Part shown: positions 52,092-60,580 of the stretch, piece by piece
Layout of the letters: each line of letters begins with the position of its first letter
Numbering within the stretch: the first letter of the stretch is position 1
The notes under the pieces: model-generated
What the model saw: the letters and a program-made list of their open reading frames with translations, nothing else
Database searches by the model: none
Told to the model about the DNA's origin: nothing
Assembly: GCA_041671225.1 (NCBI GenBank)
Contig: JBAZBY010000001.1
Coordinates: 238,940-302,939 of the forward strand
Direction of reading: 5' to 3'
DNA length: 64,000 bases
Origin: Patescibacteria group bacterium
GTDB lineage: Bacteria > Patescibacteriota > Patescibacteriia > JBAZBY01
Made by a program: the position numbers and the translations under genes

Positions 52092-53086
52092 TGGCTAAAA
52101 AACTTACACATTCAGAAATCCGGCAGAGTTACGTACACAACCGGATGGTCATTATTGCGCCAAAGCGTGGCGCGCGGCCCCATAACCTCGCAGACAAACC
52201 AGAAAAACCTGCGCCACAACTCCCTCGAGACGCGAAGGATCCTTTTTCTCCTGAAAATCTTAAGAATGTTAAGGCTCTCCTGACGCTTAAGGGACCCGTA
52301 AAGCCGTGGACGGTGAAAGTGATCAAAAACATCTTCCCCGCAGTGTCATTAGACAATGATGATGCATATGGCACGCAGGAAGTGGTGGTTGAAACACCGG
52401 ATAACTATGTAGACCTTGAAGAGCTCTCCGTTGAGCATATCGATACTGTTCTTGAAGCATACCAAAAACGCACCAAGGTGCTTGCTCAAAATAATCGCCT
52501 CCAATATATACTCATCTTTAAAAATGAAGGTGGACGGGCCGGATCATCCATAGAGCACTCACACTCACAAATTTTTTCATCTGGTTTTGTCCCGCCGCAT
52601 GTATTAGAAAAACTTCGTCGGGCAGAGGAATACAAAATCCACCACGGCATCTCATATTACATGGACCTGCTTAAGCGTGAAAAAAACGGTCCGCGTTGGG
52701 TCATGGAAGAAGATGGCATTGCCGCACTGACGCCATACGCTTCGTACTACAATTATGAAGTCTGGATCATGCCGACGCGTCCGGTGGACAACATTACCCA
52801 GCTCACCAATAAGGAACGTAGGGCAATGGCCAATATCATTAAAAAACTTTTGCATAAAATTGACGGGCTGGGACTACCATATAACTTCTACCTCCACCAG
52901 GTTGTAAAATACGACCAAGAGCATTTGTACATCCGTCTTGCGCCCCGCAAGGCGATATGGGCCGGCGTGGAACTTGGCACGCGACTTATTATCAACAGTG
53001 TCCCCCCTGAAGAAGCTGCCGCATTCTACCGCGAAACACCAAAGAAAAACCGTCTCACAAAAAAGCAACCAAAACACAGCCGTTGA
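52091..53086 (+). CDS. GalT/HIT-family hexose-1-phosphate nucleotidyltransferase
   Basis: APKRGARP, DPF, NIFP, FKNEGGRAGSSIEHSHSQ, AGVELGT, PEEAA. Confidence 0.85.
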   Translation: MAKKLTHSEIRQSYVHNRMVIIAPKRGARPHNLADKPEKPAPQLPRDAKDPFSPENLKNVKALLTLKGPVKPWTVKVIKNIFPAVSLDNDDAYGTQEVVVETPDNYVDLEELSVEHIDTVLEAYQKRTKVLAQNNRLQYILIFKNEGGRAGSSIEHSHSQIFSSGFVPPHVLEKLRRAEEYKIHHGISYYMDLLKREKNGPRWVMEEDGIAALTPYASYYNYEVWIMPTRPVDNITQLTNKERRAMANIIKKLLHKIDGLGLPYNFYLHQVVKYDQEHLYIRLAPRKAIWAGVELGTRLIINSVPPEEAAAFYRETPKKNRLTKKQPKHSR

Positions 53087-53111
53087 CGCCTTGAACCCTG
53101 AGCGCTATCCT
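53083..53111 (+). promoter_or_regulatory. Promoter of the pyr operon
   Basis: TTGACG-17-TATCCT. Confidence 0.7.
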
Positions 53112-53148
53112 GTGTGAGGGGAAAAAGAATCACTACTAGGAACAAGCT

Positions 53149-53226
53149 GTGGGGAAGACGAATCACAACATCTTGAATCTGTCTCATAGACCGCGCCCGG
53201 CGTTCACCGTCGGGTATTTTGTATGA
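53149..53226 (+). CDS. Putative pyrL-like leader peptide MGKTNHNILNLSHRPRPAFTVGYFV
   Basis: AGGA lies 7 nt before the GTG. The ORF reads through the hairpin at 53195-53215 and ends in an ATGA overlap with pyrB. Confidence 0.45.
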   Translation: MGKTNHNILNLSHRPRPAFTVGYFV

Positions 53227-54164
53227 CAAAACCCGCAACCACATCGCGTTTTCTCGGAAGAAGCATCATCTCTATGCGCAATCTTGATGCCAAGGATATT
53301 GGCATCGTCTTGAAGCACTCAAAGGCGATGATACAAGGAAAACACAAAGGTCTCTTTGAGGGGAAAATCCTCGGAAGTATGTTCTTTGAACCCTCGACAC
53401 GCACAAGGCTTTCATTTGAATCGGCAATGGAACGGCTCGGGGGAAAGGTCATTACTGCCGCAGAAGCAGGTGTAACATCTTCAACAAAAGGAGAGACGCT
53501 TTCGGACAGTATCAAGGTTATTTCACGTTACTGCGATATCATCGCCATGCGTCATCCATATGAAGGTGCAGCGCGTCTTGCCGCTGATGCTGCAAAAATT
53601 CCGATCCTTAATGGTGGGGATGGAGCAAATCAACACCCGACGCAAACATTACTCGATCTCTTTTCAATTCAAGAAACACAAAAAAAGATTGACGGTCTTT
53701 CCATCGCAATGGTTGGAGATCTTAAATATGGCCGTACCATACACTCACTTGCGCAAGGACTCTCCCTGTTTAAAGTGCGAATGTTCTTTGTTGCTCCGGA
53801 TATACTGCAAATGCCGAAAGAATTGCTTGCGGAACTGAAAGCCAAAGGGGTGCGCTATTCATTACACGAAAAATTAGAACCCATCATCCCAAAGGTGGAT
53901 ATCCTTTACGATACCCGCATCCAAAAAGAACGTTTCCCGGATCCGCTCGAATACGAAAAAGTGAAGAATATCTATCAGATTGTGCCGGAGATGCTCGCCC
54001 GCGCAAAAAAGAATATGCGCCTTATGCACCCGCTGCCACGCGTTACAGAAATACACCCAAGTGTTGATGCAACGCCGTACGCATATTACTTTCAGCAGGC
54101 TGAAAATGGCGTGTATGTGCGTCAAGCACTCATTGCCCTTACTCTTGGCTTACTACCGTCATGA
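53223..54164 (+). CDS. pyrB: Aspartate carbamoyltransferase catalytic subunit
   Basis: FFEPSTRTRLSFE, KGETL, HPTQ, RIQKER, HPLPR. Confidence 0.97.
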   Translation: MTKPATTSRFLGRSIISMRNLDAKDIGIVLKHSKAMIQGKHKGLFEGKILGSMFFEPSTRTRLSFESAMERLGGKVITAAEAGVTSSTKGETLSDSIKVISRYCDIIAMRHPYEGAARLAADAAKIPILNGGDGANQHPTQTLLDLFSIQETQKKIDGLSIAMVGDLKYGRTIHSLAQGLSLFKVRMFFVAPDILQMPKELLAELKAKGVRYSLHEKLEPIIPKVDILYDTRIQKERFPDPLEYEKVKNIYQIVPEMLARAKKNMRLMHPLPRVTEIHPSVDATPYAYYFQQAENGVYVRQALIALTLGLLPS

Positions 54165-54610
54165 AAGCCTATAAAGTCTACGCCCTCAAAGACGGAACCG
54201 TCATCGACCACATTCCGCGATGGAAGGGCATGATTATCCTTGAGCTGCTTGGATTCAACGAACAAAAACAATTCGTCACACTTGGTATTGGCCTCAAGAG
54301 CAAGCGCGCCGGGTGGAAAGATGTGGTGAAGATTGAACACCGCGAAATCTCAGCCGAGGACGCACAAAAAATCGCGCTCATCGCTCCGGAGGCAACGCTG
54401 AATATCATTCGCAACCATGTTGTTCACAAAAAGATACAACTCAGCGTACCCGATGAAGTAAACGATATCGTTGAATGCAAGAATCCAAAATGCATCACAA
54501 ACAACGAGCTGGTAGCAACGCGTTTCCTAAAAATCGCTGACAAGCCGCTTGCGCTGCGCTGCTACTACTGCGAACGCGTCTTCACTGATAACGATATTAC
54601 TCTCCGCTAA
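54161..54610 (+). CDS. pyrI: Aspartate carbamoyltransferase regulatory subunit
   Basis: GTVIDHI, KDVVKIE, CKNPKCIT, CYYCE. Confidence 0.96.
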   Translation: MKAYKVYALKDGTVIDHIPRWKGMIILELLGFNEQKQFVTLGIGLKSKRAGWKDVVKIEHREISAEDAQKIALIAPEATLNIIRNHVVHKKIQLSVPDEVNDIVECKNPKCITNNELVATRFLKIADKPLALRCYYCERVFTDNDITLR

Positions 54611-54611
54611 C

Positions 54612-55532
54612 ATGGCAAAGCTTTCCTGTGAGATCAGTGGCATTGCCCTCCGCAACCCCCTGATTCTCGCATCAGGTATTCTGGGGGTCACAAAAGCCTC
54701 ACTTGGTTTTGTGGTGCGCAATGGTGCGGGAGCGGTAACGATCAAATCCATCAGCTACGAAGAACGCGAAGGGCATCCTGGGCCAAACATGATCATGTAT
54801 GAAGGGGGGATGATAAACGCAGTCGGGTATTCAAACCCCGGCGTTCTCAATGCTGCAAAAGAATTCACCGATCTCTCTTCTGTTGGCGCACCTGTCATTG
54901 CGAGCATTATCGGGACGGAAGCTGATGATTTTGTGCGTGTGGCAGAACAACTTTTGCCTGGTGATTTTGCCGCTGTTGAATTGCCGCTTTCCTGCCCACA
55001 CACTCCGGGATATGGCACCATGGCAGGCCAGCAAACACCCGAGGCAACGAGCAAGATCACCAAGGCGGTCAAAGCAGTCACCGACCTGCCGATATGGGTC
55101 AAGCTTTCCCCGATGTCGGAATCCATTGGGGAAGTTGCGAAGGCCGCTGAAGATGCGGGGGCATCCGCGCTCACCGCGGTAAACACCATGGGGCCTGGGA
55201 TGATCATTGATCCGGCAACATGCAAGCCCGTCATGGGTTTTGGCAGGGGTGGGGTTTCTGGGGCTGCCCTGCGACCCATCGCGATACAAACTGTTTTTGA
55301 TGTCTATCGTGCAGTAAAGATCCCGATTGTTGGTACGGGAGGTGTTGAGACGGGACGGCACGCCATAGAGATGCTCCTCGCAGGCGCAAGCGCTTTGGGA
55401 GTAGGAACAGCCGTGCTGACGCGTGGCGTGGACGCATTCCAAAAAATTGCAGATGAACTTTCTGAGCTTATGGATGAATACGGATACACATCAATAAAGG
55501 ATATTATTGGAAAAGCACATGAAGCGGTATGA
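54612..55532 (+). CDS. pyrD: Dihydroorotate dehydrogenase class 1B catalytic subunit
   Basis: NPLILASG, NAVGYSNPG, SCPH, VKLSP, NT, GGVSG. Confidence 0.93.
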   Translation: MAKLSCEISGIALRNPLILASGILGVTKASLGFVVRNGAGAVTIKSISYEEREGHPGPNMIMYEGGMINAVGYSNPGVLNAAKEFTDLSSVGAPVIASIIGTEADDFVRVAEQLLPGDFAAVELPLSCPHTPGYGTMAGQQTPEATSKITKAVKAVTDLPIWVKLSPMSESIGEVAKAAEDAGASALTAVNTMGPGMIIDPATCKPVMGFGRGGVSGAALRPIAIQTVFDVYRAVKIPIVGTGGVETGRHAIEMLLAGASALGVGTAVLTRGVDAFQKIADELSELMDEYGYTSIKDIIGKAHEAV

Positions 55533-56319
55533 CCAACCAAAAACCCTAAAGATCGCGGAGATACGTGATGAAGGTCGCAATCTCAAAACATTCTTTTTTG
55601 CGCACCCTATTGAATCACAACCGGGGCAATTCATTATGCTTTGGATTCCGGGAGTAAACCTAAAGCCGTTTGGCGTTGCATATCATGAACCAGAGCGATT
55701 TGGCATAACCGTTTCAATGGTCGGACCTACCACAGAGGCGCTTTTCAAAAAAAAGAAAGGAGACTGGCTGGGATTCACGGGGCCATATGGAACTTCCTTT
55801 CAGCCAAATAATGCACAGCATCTCGTTTTGGTTGGGGGTGGGTATGGGGCGGCAATACTCGCGCCGCTTGCGGATAAGGCAGCAGCTGAAGGCGCTACTG
55901 TTGATTTTATCGTTGGTGCGCATGAAGGAGACCGTATTCTCTATGAACAACGATATGCAAAGTCTTCGGTGAACTTTTATGTAACCACCAACGATGGGAG
56001 TCGCGGTGAAAAGGGACGCGCCACGAACATATTGGAACGCCTGGTGGATGCGGGAGGCGTCGACTACATCACTACATGTGGTCCAGAGCGCATGCTCCAC
56101 GCAATAGCAACATTTGCAGAAGAAAAAAACATTCGTTGCGAGGTAAGCGTTGAACGCTATATGAAGTGCGGCTTTGGAGTATGCGGTGCTTGCGCGCTTG
56201 ATGGAACAGGAGAACGCGTTTGTGTCGAAGGGACGGTCTTCCCCGCAAAACGCGCTTTGGCGTTTTCAGAATTCGGGCAATACCATCGCGCAAGATCGGG
56301 CAAAAAAATAGGCCTCTAA
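55519..56319 (+). CDS. pyrK: Dihydroorotate dehydrogenase electron transfer subunit
   Basis: PGQFIMLW, GPYG, GGGYG, CGPE, MKCGFGVCGAC...C [2Fe-2S] motif. Confidence 0.93.
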   Translation: MKRYDQPKTLKIAEIRDEGRNLKTFFFAHPIESQPGQFIMLWIPGVNLKPFGVAYHEPERFGITVSMVGPTTEALFKKKKGDWLGFTGPYGTSFQPNNAQHLVLVGGGYGAAILAPLADKAAAEGATVDFIVGAHEGDRILYEQRYAKSSVNFYVTTNDGSRGEKGRATNILERLVDAGGVDYITTCGPERMLHAIATFAEEKNIRCEVSVERYMKCGFGVCGACALDGTGERVCVEGTVFPAKRALAFSEFGQYHRARSGKKIGL

Positions 56320-56321
56320 TA

Positions 56322-57602
56322 ATGATCATCTCCGGCGCAACACACTGGAAGACAGGCATGCAGGTTGATCTTTTTATTCATGACGGCCGCATTGTAGAAA
56401 AACAAACCAACAACACAACCGAGGAAACACTCGATGCGCGGGGCTTGATTGCCTTTCCTGGGTTCATCGACGCACATGTACACTTGCGAGAACCCGGCAA
56501 TAGTGAAAAGGAAACTTGGACAACCGGTACGCGCGCGGCTGCGCGGGGTGGCTACACCGCTGTCTTTGATATGCCAAACACAAATCCTCCGCTTACCAGC
56601 AAAACACTCCTGGAAGAAAAACGTATTCTATCGCGGCACTCCCTGGTGAACTACGGCCTTCACTTTGCACTCACTGCCGAAAATCTCAGTGAACTGGAGC
56701 GCATAAAACCGCGCTCAGTGAAAATCTTCCTTGGCAGATCAACCGGCAACCTCTTTGTGGATGATGCATTATTGCAAAAAGCGTTCGAACGCCTCCCAGG
56801 GACGCTTTTTCTCTTCCATGCTGAAGCAGAAGCCTGCCTAAAGCGCTTTGAGGGGCAGTACGCGGGCGCTGACGACCCGGCAATACATTCTGCCATCCGA
56901 GACCGCTCATGCGCGCTTGAGGCCATAGAGCGCGTGCTAGAGCTCCTACGCAAACACCCACGTCCTGTCTATTTTTGTCATATCTCCACCAAAGAAGAGG
57001 TGGCGCTCATAAAAAAAGCGAAGGCTGACGGCTTACCGGTGTATGCTGAAGTCACCCCGCATCATGTATTTCTGGACGAAAGTGCCTATGCGACGCTGGG
57101 AACCCTCGCAAAGGTGAACCCTCCACTCCGCACCGCAGAGGATCGTGCGGCATTACTTGAGGCAATAAACGACGGCACTATTGATGTGCTTGGAACAGAC
57201 CATGCACCGCATCTTCTTCAGGAAAAAAAGCTGCCATACCCAGAAGCGCCTGCCGGCATGCCGGGGTTAGAAACCGCAGCAGCACTGCTTTTTCATGCGG
57301 CAAAGAATGATTTGATCACCCACGAAATTATTGGTCGGATTATGAGTGCCCGCCCCGCAGAAATACTTGGCTTACGGCAAAAGGGTGACATATCCGTGGG
57401 GAAGGATGCCGACATCACGCTCGTTGACCCGTCACTCTCTCAACGTGTTTGCCATGAGGATCTGCAAACAAAATGCCGCTGGAGCCCGTGGCATGGCATA
57501 ACGCTCACTGGTTGGCCGGTAACGACTATCGTGGCCGGTGTCATCGTTTTTCACAAAGGAACATTTTATCCACATCAAGGAAAGGAGCTTTACTATGCAT
57601 GA
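56322..57602 (+). CDS. pyrC: Dihydroorotase (type I)
   Basis: PGFIDAHVHLREPG, DMPNT, HIST, EVTPHH, KVNPPLR, TDHAPH. Confidence 0.94.
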   Translation: MIISGATHWKTGMQVDLFIHDGRIVEKQTNNTTEETLDARGLIAFPGFIDAHVHLREPGNSEKETWTTGTRAAARGGYTAVFDMPNTNPPLTSKTLLEEKRILSRHSLVNYGLHFALTAENLSELERIKPRSVKIFLGRSTGNLFVDDALLQKAFERLPGTLFLFHAEAEACLKRFEGQYAGADDPAIHSAIRDRSCALEAIERVLELLRKHPRPVYFCHISTKEEVALIKKAKADGLPVYAEVTPHHVFLDESAYATLGTLAKVNPPLRTAEDRAALLEAINDGTIDVLGTDHAPHLLQEKKLPYPEAPAGMPGLETAAALLFHAAKNDLITHEIIGRIMSARPAEILGLRQKGDISVGKDADITLVDPSLSQRVCHEDLQTKCRWSPWHGITLTGWPVTTIVAGVIVFHKGTFYPHQGKELYYA

Positions 57603-58251
57603 ATACCAAAAGCAATTCATCAATTTTCTCGTAGAAAGTGATGCGCTCCAATTTGGAGAGTTCACGCTCAAGAGTGGCCGCGTTTCACCATACTTTATCA
57701 ACACGGGAAAGTTTGATACCGGCAAAACGATCGGCAAGCTTGGATACTTCTACGCCGCCGCTATCAATGAACAATGCGGCAGCGAGGTGGACGCGATCTT
57801 TGGGCCAGCATACAAAGGCATACCACTCGCGGTTGCTGCGGCAACTGCGTTACACGCAAATTTTGAACAGAACGTCGGCTATGTTTTTGACCGCAAAGAG
57901 ACGAAAGAGCACGGCGACAAAGGCGCGACAGTCGGTTACGCATTGCAGGATGGCAGTCGCGTCGTAATTGTTGATGATGTCTTCACAACAGGCGCCACAA
58001 AAGAAGAAGCGGTGATGCTTCTTAAGGGTGTTGCACGGGTAGAAATCAAAGCCTTAGTCATTGCGGTGGACCGCAAAGAGCGGGGCAAAAATGGTGAAAA
58101 CGCTATTGCGGAGTTTGCATCTGCCTTTGGCATACCGGTCATCTCAATTGTAACCATTCATGACATTGTGGAGCATCTCAAGGATCATGTCGTTGATGAT
58201 TCCACTGCTCAAAAAATAACTGCCTACCTTTCAGAGCACGGTATAACATAA
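57595..58251 (+). CDS. pyrE: Orotate phosphoribosyltransferase
   Basis: FTLKSGRVSPYF, FGPAYKGIPL, DRKETKEHGD, VDDVFTTG. Confidence 0.96.
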   Translation: MHEYQKQFINFLVESDALQFGEFTLKSGRVSPYFINTGKFDTGKTIGKLGYFYAAAINEQCGSEVDAIFGPAYKGIPLAVAAATALHANFEQNVGYVFDRKETKEHGDKGATVGYALQDGSRVVIVDDVFTTGATKEEAVMLLKGVARVEIKALVIAVDRKERGKNGENAIAEFASAFGIPVISIVTIHDIVEHLKDHVVDDSTAQKITAYLSEHGIT

Positions 58252-58257
58252 TATCGT

Positions 58258-59049
58258 ATGACGTACACGCAAAAAGCAGAAAAAACAATGAACCCCGCGG
58301 CAAAAAAGCTGCTGTTGCTCATGGAAGAAAAACGAACGAATCTCTGTGTTGCGGCAGACATGACAACACGTGCAGAGTTGCTTACCCTCGCAGAAGCCGT
58401 GGGTCCGTATATTGTTATGCTCAAAACACACATAGATATTATCGAAGATTTCTCGTCAGATCTCCTGGTGCACCTTCGCACACTCGCAAAACAACATCAC
58501 TTCATGCTCTTTGAGGATAGGAAGTTTGCGGACATCGGAAACACGCTCAAACTGCAATATGCAAAAGGCGTCCACCGCATTGTTGAGTGGGCGGACTTTG
58601 TGAATGCACATGCCCTCCCTGGGCCTGGTGTGATCGAAGCACTCAAAGAAACCGCAGCAGCATCCGGAGAAGAGCGCGGCTTAATTCTTCTCGCCCAGAT
58701 GACGCCCAAAGGGAATCTCTTCACCGAGGAATACACAAAACAAACCGTGGAATTCGCTGCGGCATACCCGGATTTTGTCATCGGATTCATTGCCAACGGG
58801 GGAGATGTTACAAAACTTGCGCAACTTGCGGCAATCGCATCGCCAGAACACATCCTTTTCGCTCCAGGGGTGAAGATTGGTGGAGGGGGCGACCGTTTGG
58901 GTCAGCAATACACCACGCCCGCAGACGTCATTGCTGCAGGAGCGGACATTATTATTTCTGGCCGAGGCGTCTACACATCAAAAAACCCCGCACAAGCCGC
59001 GCGTGAATATCGCGAAGCTGGGTGGAACGCATATCATGCACGCACATGA
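58258..59049 (+). CDS. pyrF: Orotidine-5'-phosphate decarboxylase (URA3/UMPS-like subtype)
   Basis: NLCVAAD, KTHIDI, FEDRKFADIGNTLKLQY, LGQQY, GRG. Confidence 0.95.
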   Translation: MTYTQKAEKTMNPAAKKLLLLMEEKRTNLCVAADMTTRAELLTLAEAVGPYIVMLKTHIDIIEDFSSDLLVHLRTLAKQHHFMLFEDRKFADIGNTLKLQYAKGVHRIVEWADFVNAHALPGPGVIEALKETAAASGEERGLILLAQMTPKGNLFTEEYTKQTVEFAAAYPDFVIGFIANGGDVTKLAQLAAIASPEHILFAPGVKIGGGGDRLGQQYTTPADVIAAGADIIISGRGVYTSKNPAQAAREYREAGWNAYHART

Positions 59050-59615
59050 GTACCCTAAAAAACATTGAAGTAGAGCTAATGTTTCCACTCAACGATGTGA
59101 ACATCCTTCAAGAAAAACTCGATGCTATTGCGAAAAAAGAGAAACACAATGAATACCAAAAAGATACATACTACAACCCACCTCATCGGAACTTCTTGGA
59201 TGAAAACCCAGTGAACGAGTGGCTGCGCATACGAGAAACAAAAAAGGGTGTGTCAATCAATTATAAAAACTTTCACGCCGCAGTCGGAGAAAAAGTGATT
59301 TCATGTGATGAATATGAAACCAGTGTTGGGGATGCCGAGTCGCTAAAAAAGATTTTCCTGTCTCTCGCCTTCAAAGAATTAATCGTTGTTGAAAAATCCA
59401 GGAGCACATGGCTCTATAAAAAAACAGAAATAGCAATTGACCATGTCACTGGTCTTTATGACACAATCGAACTTGAGGCAAAGGGACAGTTTTCTTCAAT
59501 TGAAGATGCCAAGAAGCATTTATATGCTGTCCTCGCTGAACTTGGAGCACGTGTTGGTGAACAAGATTATAAAGGTTACCCCTACCTTCTCCTCGAAAAA
59601 AAGAGGCTTTTATAA
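59046..59615 (+). CDS. CYTH / class IV adenylate cyclase family protein
   Basis: IEVE, QKDTYY, WLRIR, VEKSR, IAIDHV, IELE, GYPYLL. Confidence 0.85.
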   Translation: MSTLKNIEVELMFPLNDVNILQEKLDAIAKKEKHNEYQKDTYYNPPHRNFLDENPVNEWLRIRETKKGVSINYKNFHAAVGEKVISCDEYETSVGDAESLKKIFLSLAFKELIVVEKSRSTWLYKKTEIAIDHVTGLYDTIELEAKGQFSSIEDAKKHLYAVLAELGARVGEQDYKGYPYLLLEKKRLL

Positions 59616-59638
59616 ATACATCATTTATTCCCATTCAA

Positions 59639-60580
59639 ATGAAACATCTTCTCTCCCTCAAAGAACAATCAGCCGACGAACTCCGCGCAATTCTTGAGCT
59701 TGCGATGAAAATCAAGGCAGATCCAACGCGTTATGCAAATGCCTTGAAAAACGAAACTATGGTCATGCTCTTCCAAAAGACCTCAACGCGCACGCGTCTT
59801 TCTTTTGAGGCGGGAATGACAGAACTCGGCGGACACGCCATCTTCTTAGACAGCAGAACATCACAGCTTTCCCTCACGGACTTTCGGGATGAAATTCAAG
59901 CAATCATGCGCTACTGCGCTGTCTTAATGTTCCGACCAAAAAAACATGCCGATGCGGCAACCGCCGCCTCTTTCAATGCGGTACCGGTTATTGACGCTTG
60001 TTCAGAAAAATACCACCCCTGCCAGGCGCTCGCTGATCTCCTCACGATGGCAGAAAAAGCCGGCGGGTTGGAGCACATCAAAAAGATCGCGTGGCTGGGC
60101 CCGGAGAATAATGTAAGTAATACATTGAAACTCGCCTGCGCAAAGCTTGGCATCATGGTTGCAGTCGCGTCGCCAGAAAAAGATCCGAATGGGGAGGATG
60201 CCGAGCTCGATGCAACGGCAGACGCAACAGGAAACACGATATATACCAAGAACGTAGATGAAGCGCTCGCTGGCGCGCAATTCATTCACACTGACACATG
60301 GATGAATATGGAATATTTTGGCGAGGATGGAAAAGTGAAACCAGAATTCCAAGACGAATATGAACGTCGCAAAAAACTCTACGCACCATACCAGGTGAAT
60401 GCCGCGTTGGTAGAACAACACGCGCCAGACGCAAAAATCATGCACTGCATGCCGTGCCATGTTGGGTATGAAATCTCCCGAGATGCGATTGATCACCCCA
60501 ACAGCGTCATCTTTGACCAGGCAGAAAACCGTCTGCATGCGCAGAAAGGCATTATTCTTTGGTTACTCGGGAAGGACTAG
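59639..60580 (+). CDS. argF: Ornithine carbamoyltransferase-like transcarbamylase
   Basis: FQKTSTRTRLSFE, HPCQALAD, HCMP, DQAENRLH. Confidence 0.85.
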   Translation: MKHLLSLKEQSADELRAILELAMKIKADPTRYANALKNETMVMLFQKTSTRTRLSFEAGMTELGGHAIFLDSRTSQLSLTDFRDEIQAIMRYCAVLMFRPKKHADAATAASFNAVPVIDACSEKYHPCQALADLLTMAEKAGGLEHIKKIAWLGPENNVSNTLKLACAKLGIMVAVASPEKDPNGEDAELDATADATGNTIYTKNVDEALAGAQFIHTDTWMNMEYFGEDGKVKPEFQDEYERRKKLYAPYQVNAALVEQHAPDAKIMHCMPCHVGYEISRDAIDHPNSVIFDQAENRLHAQKGIILWLLGKD

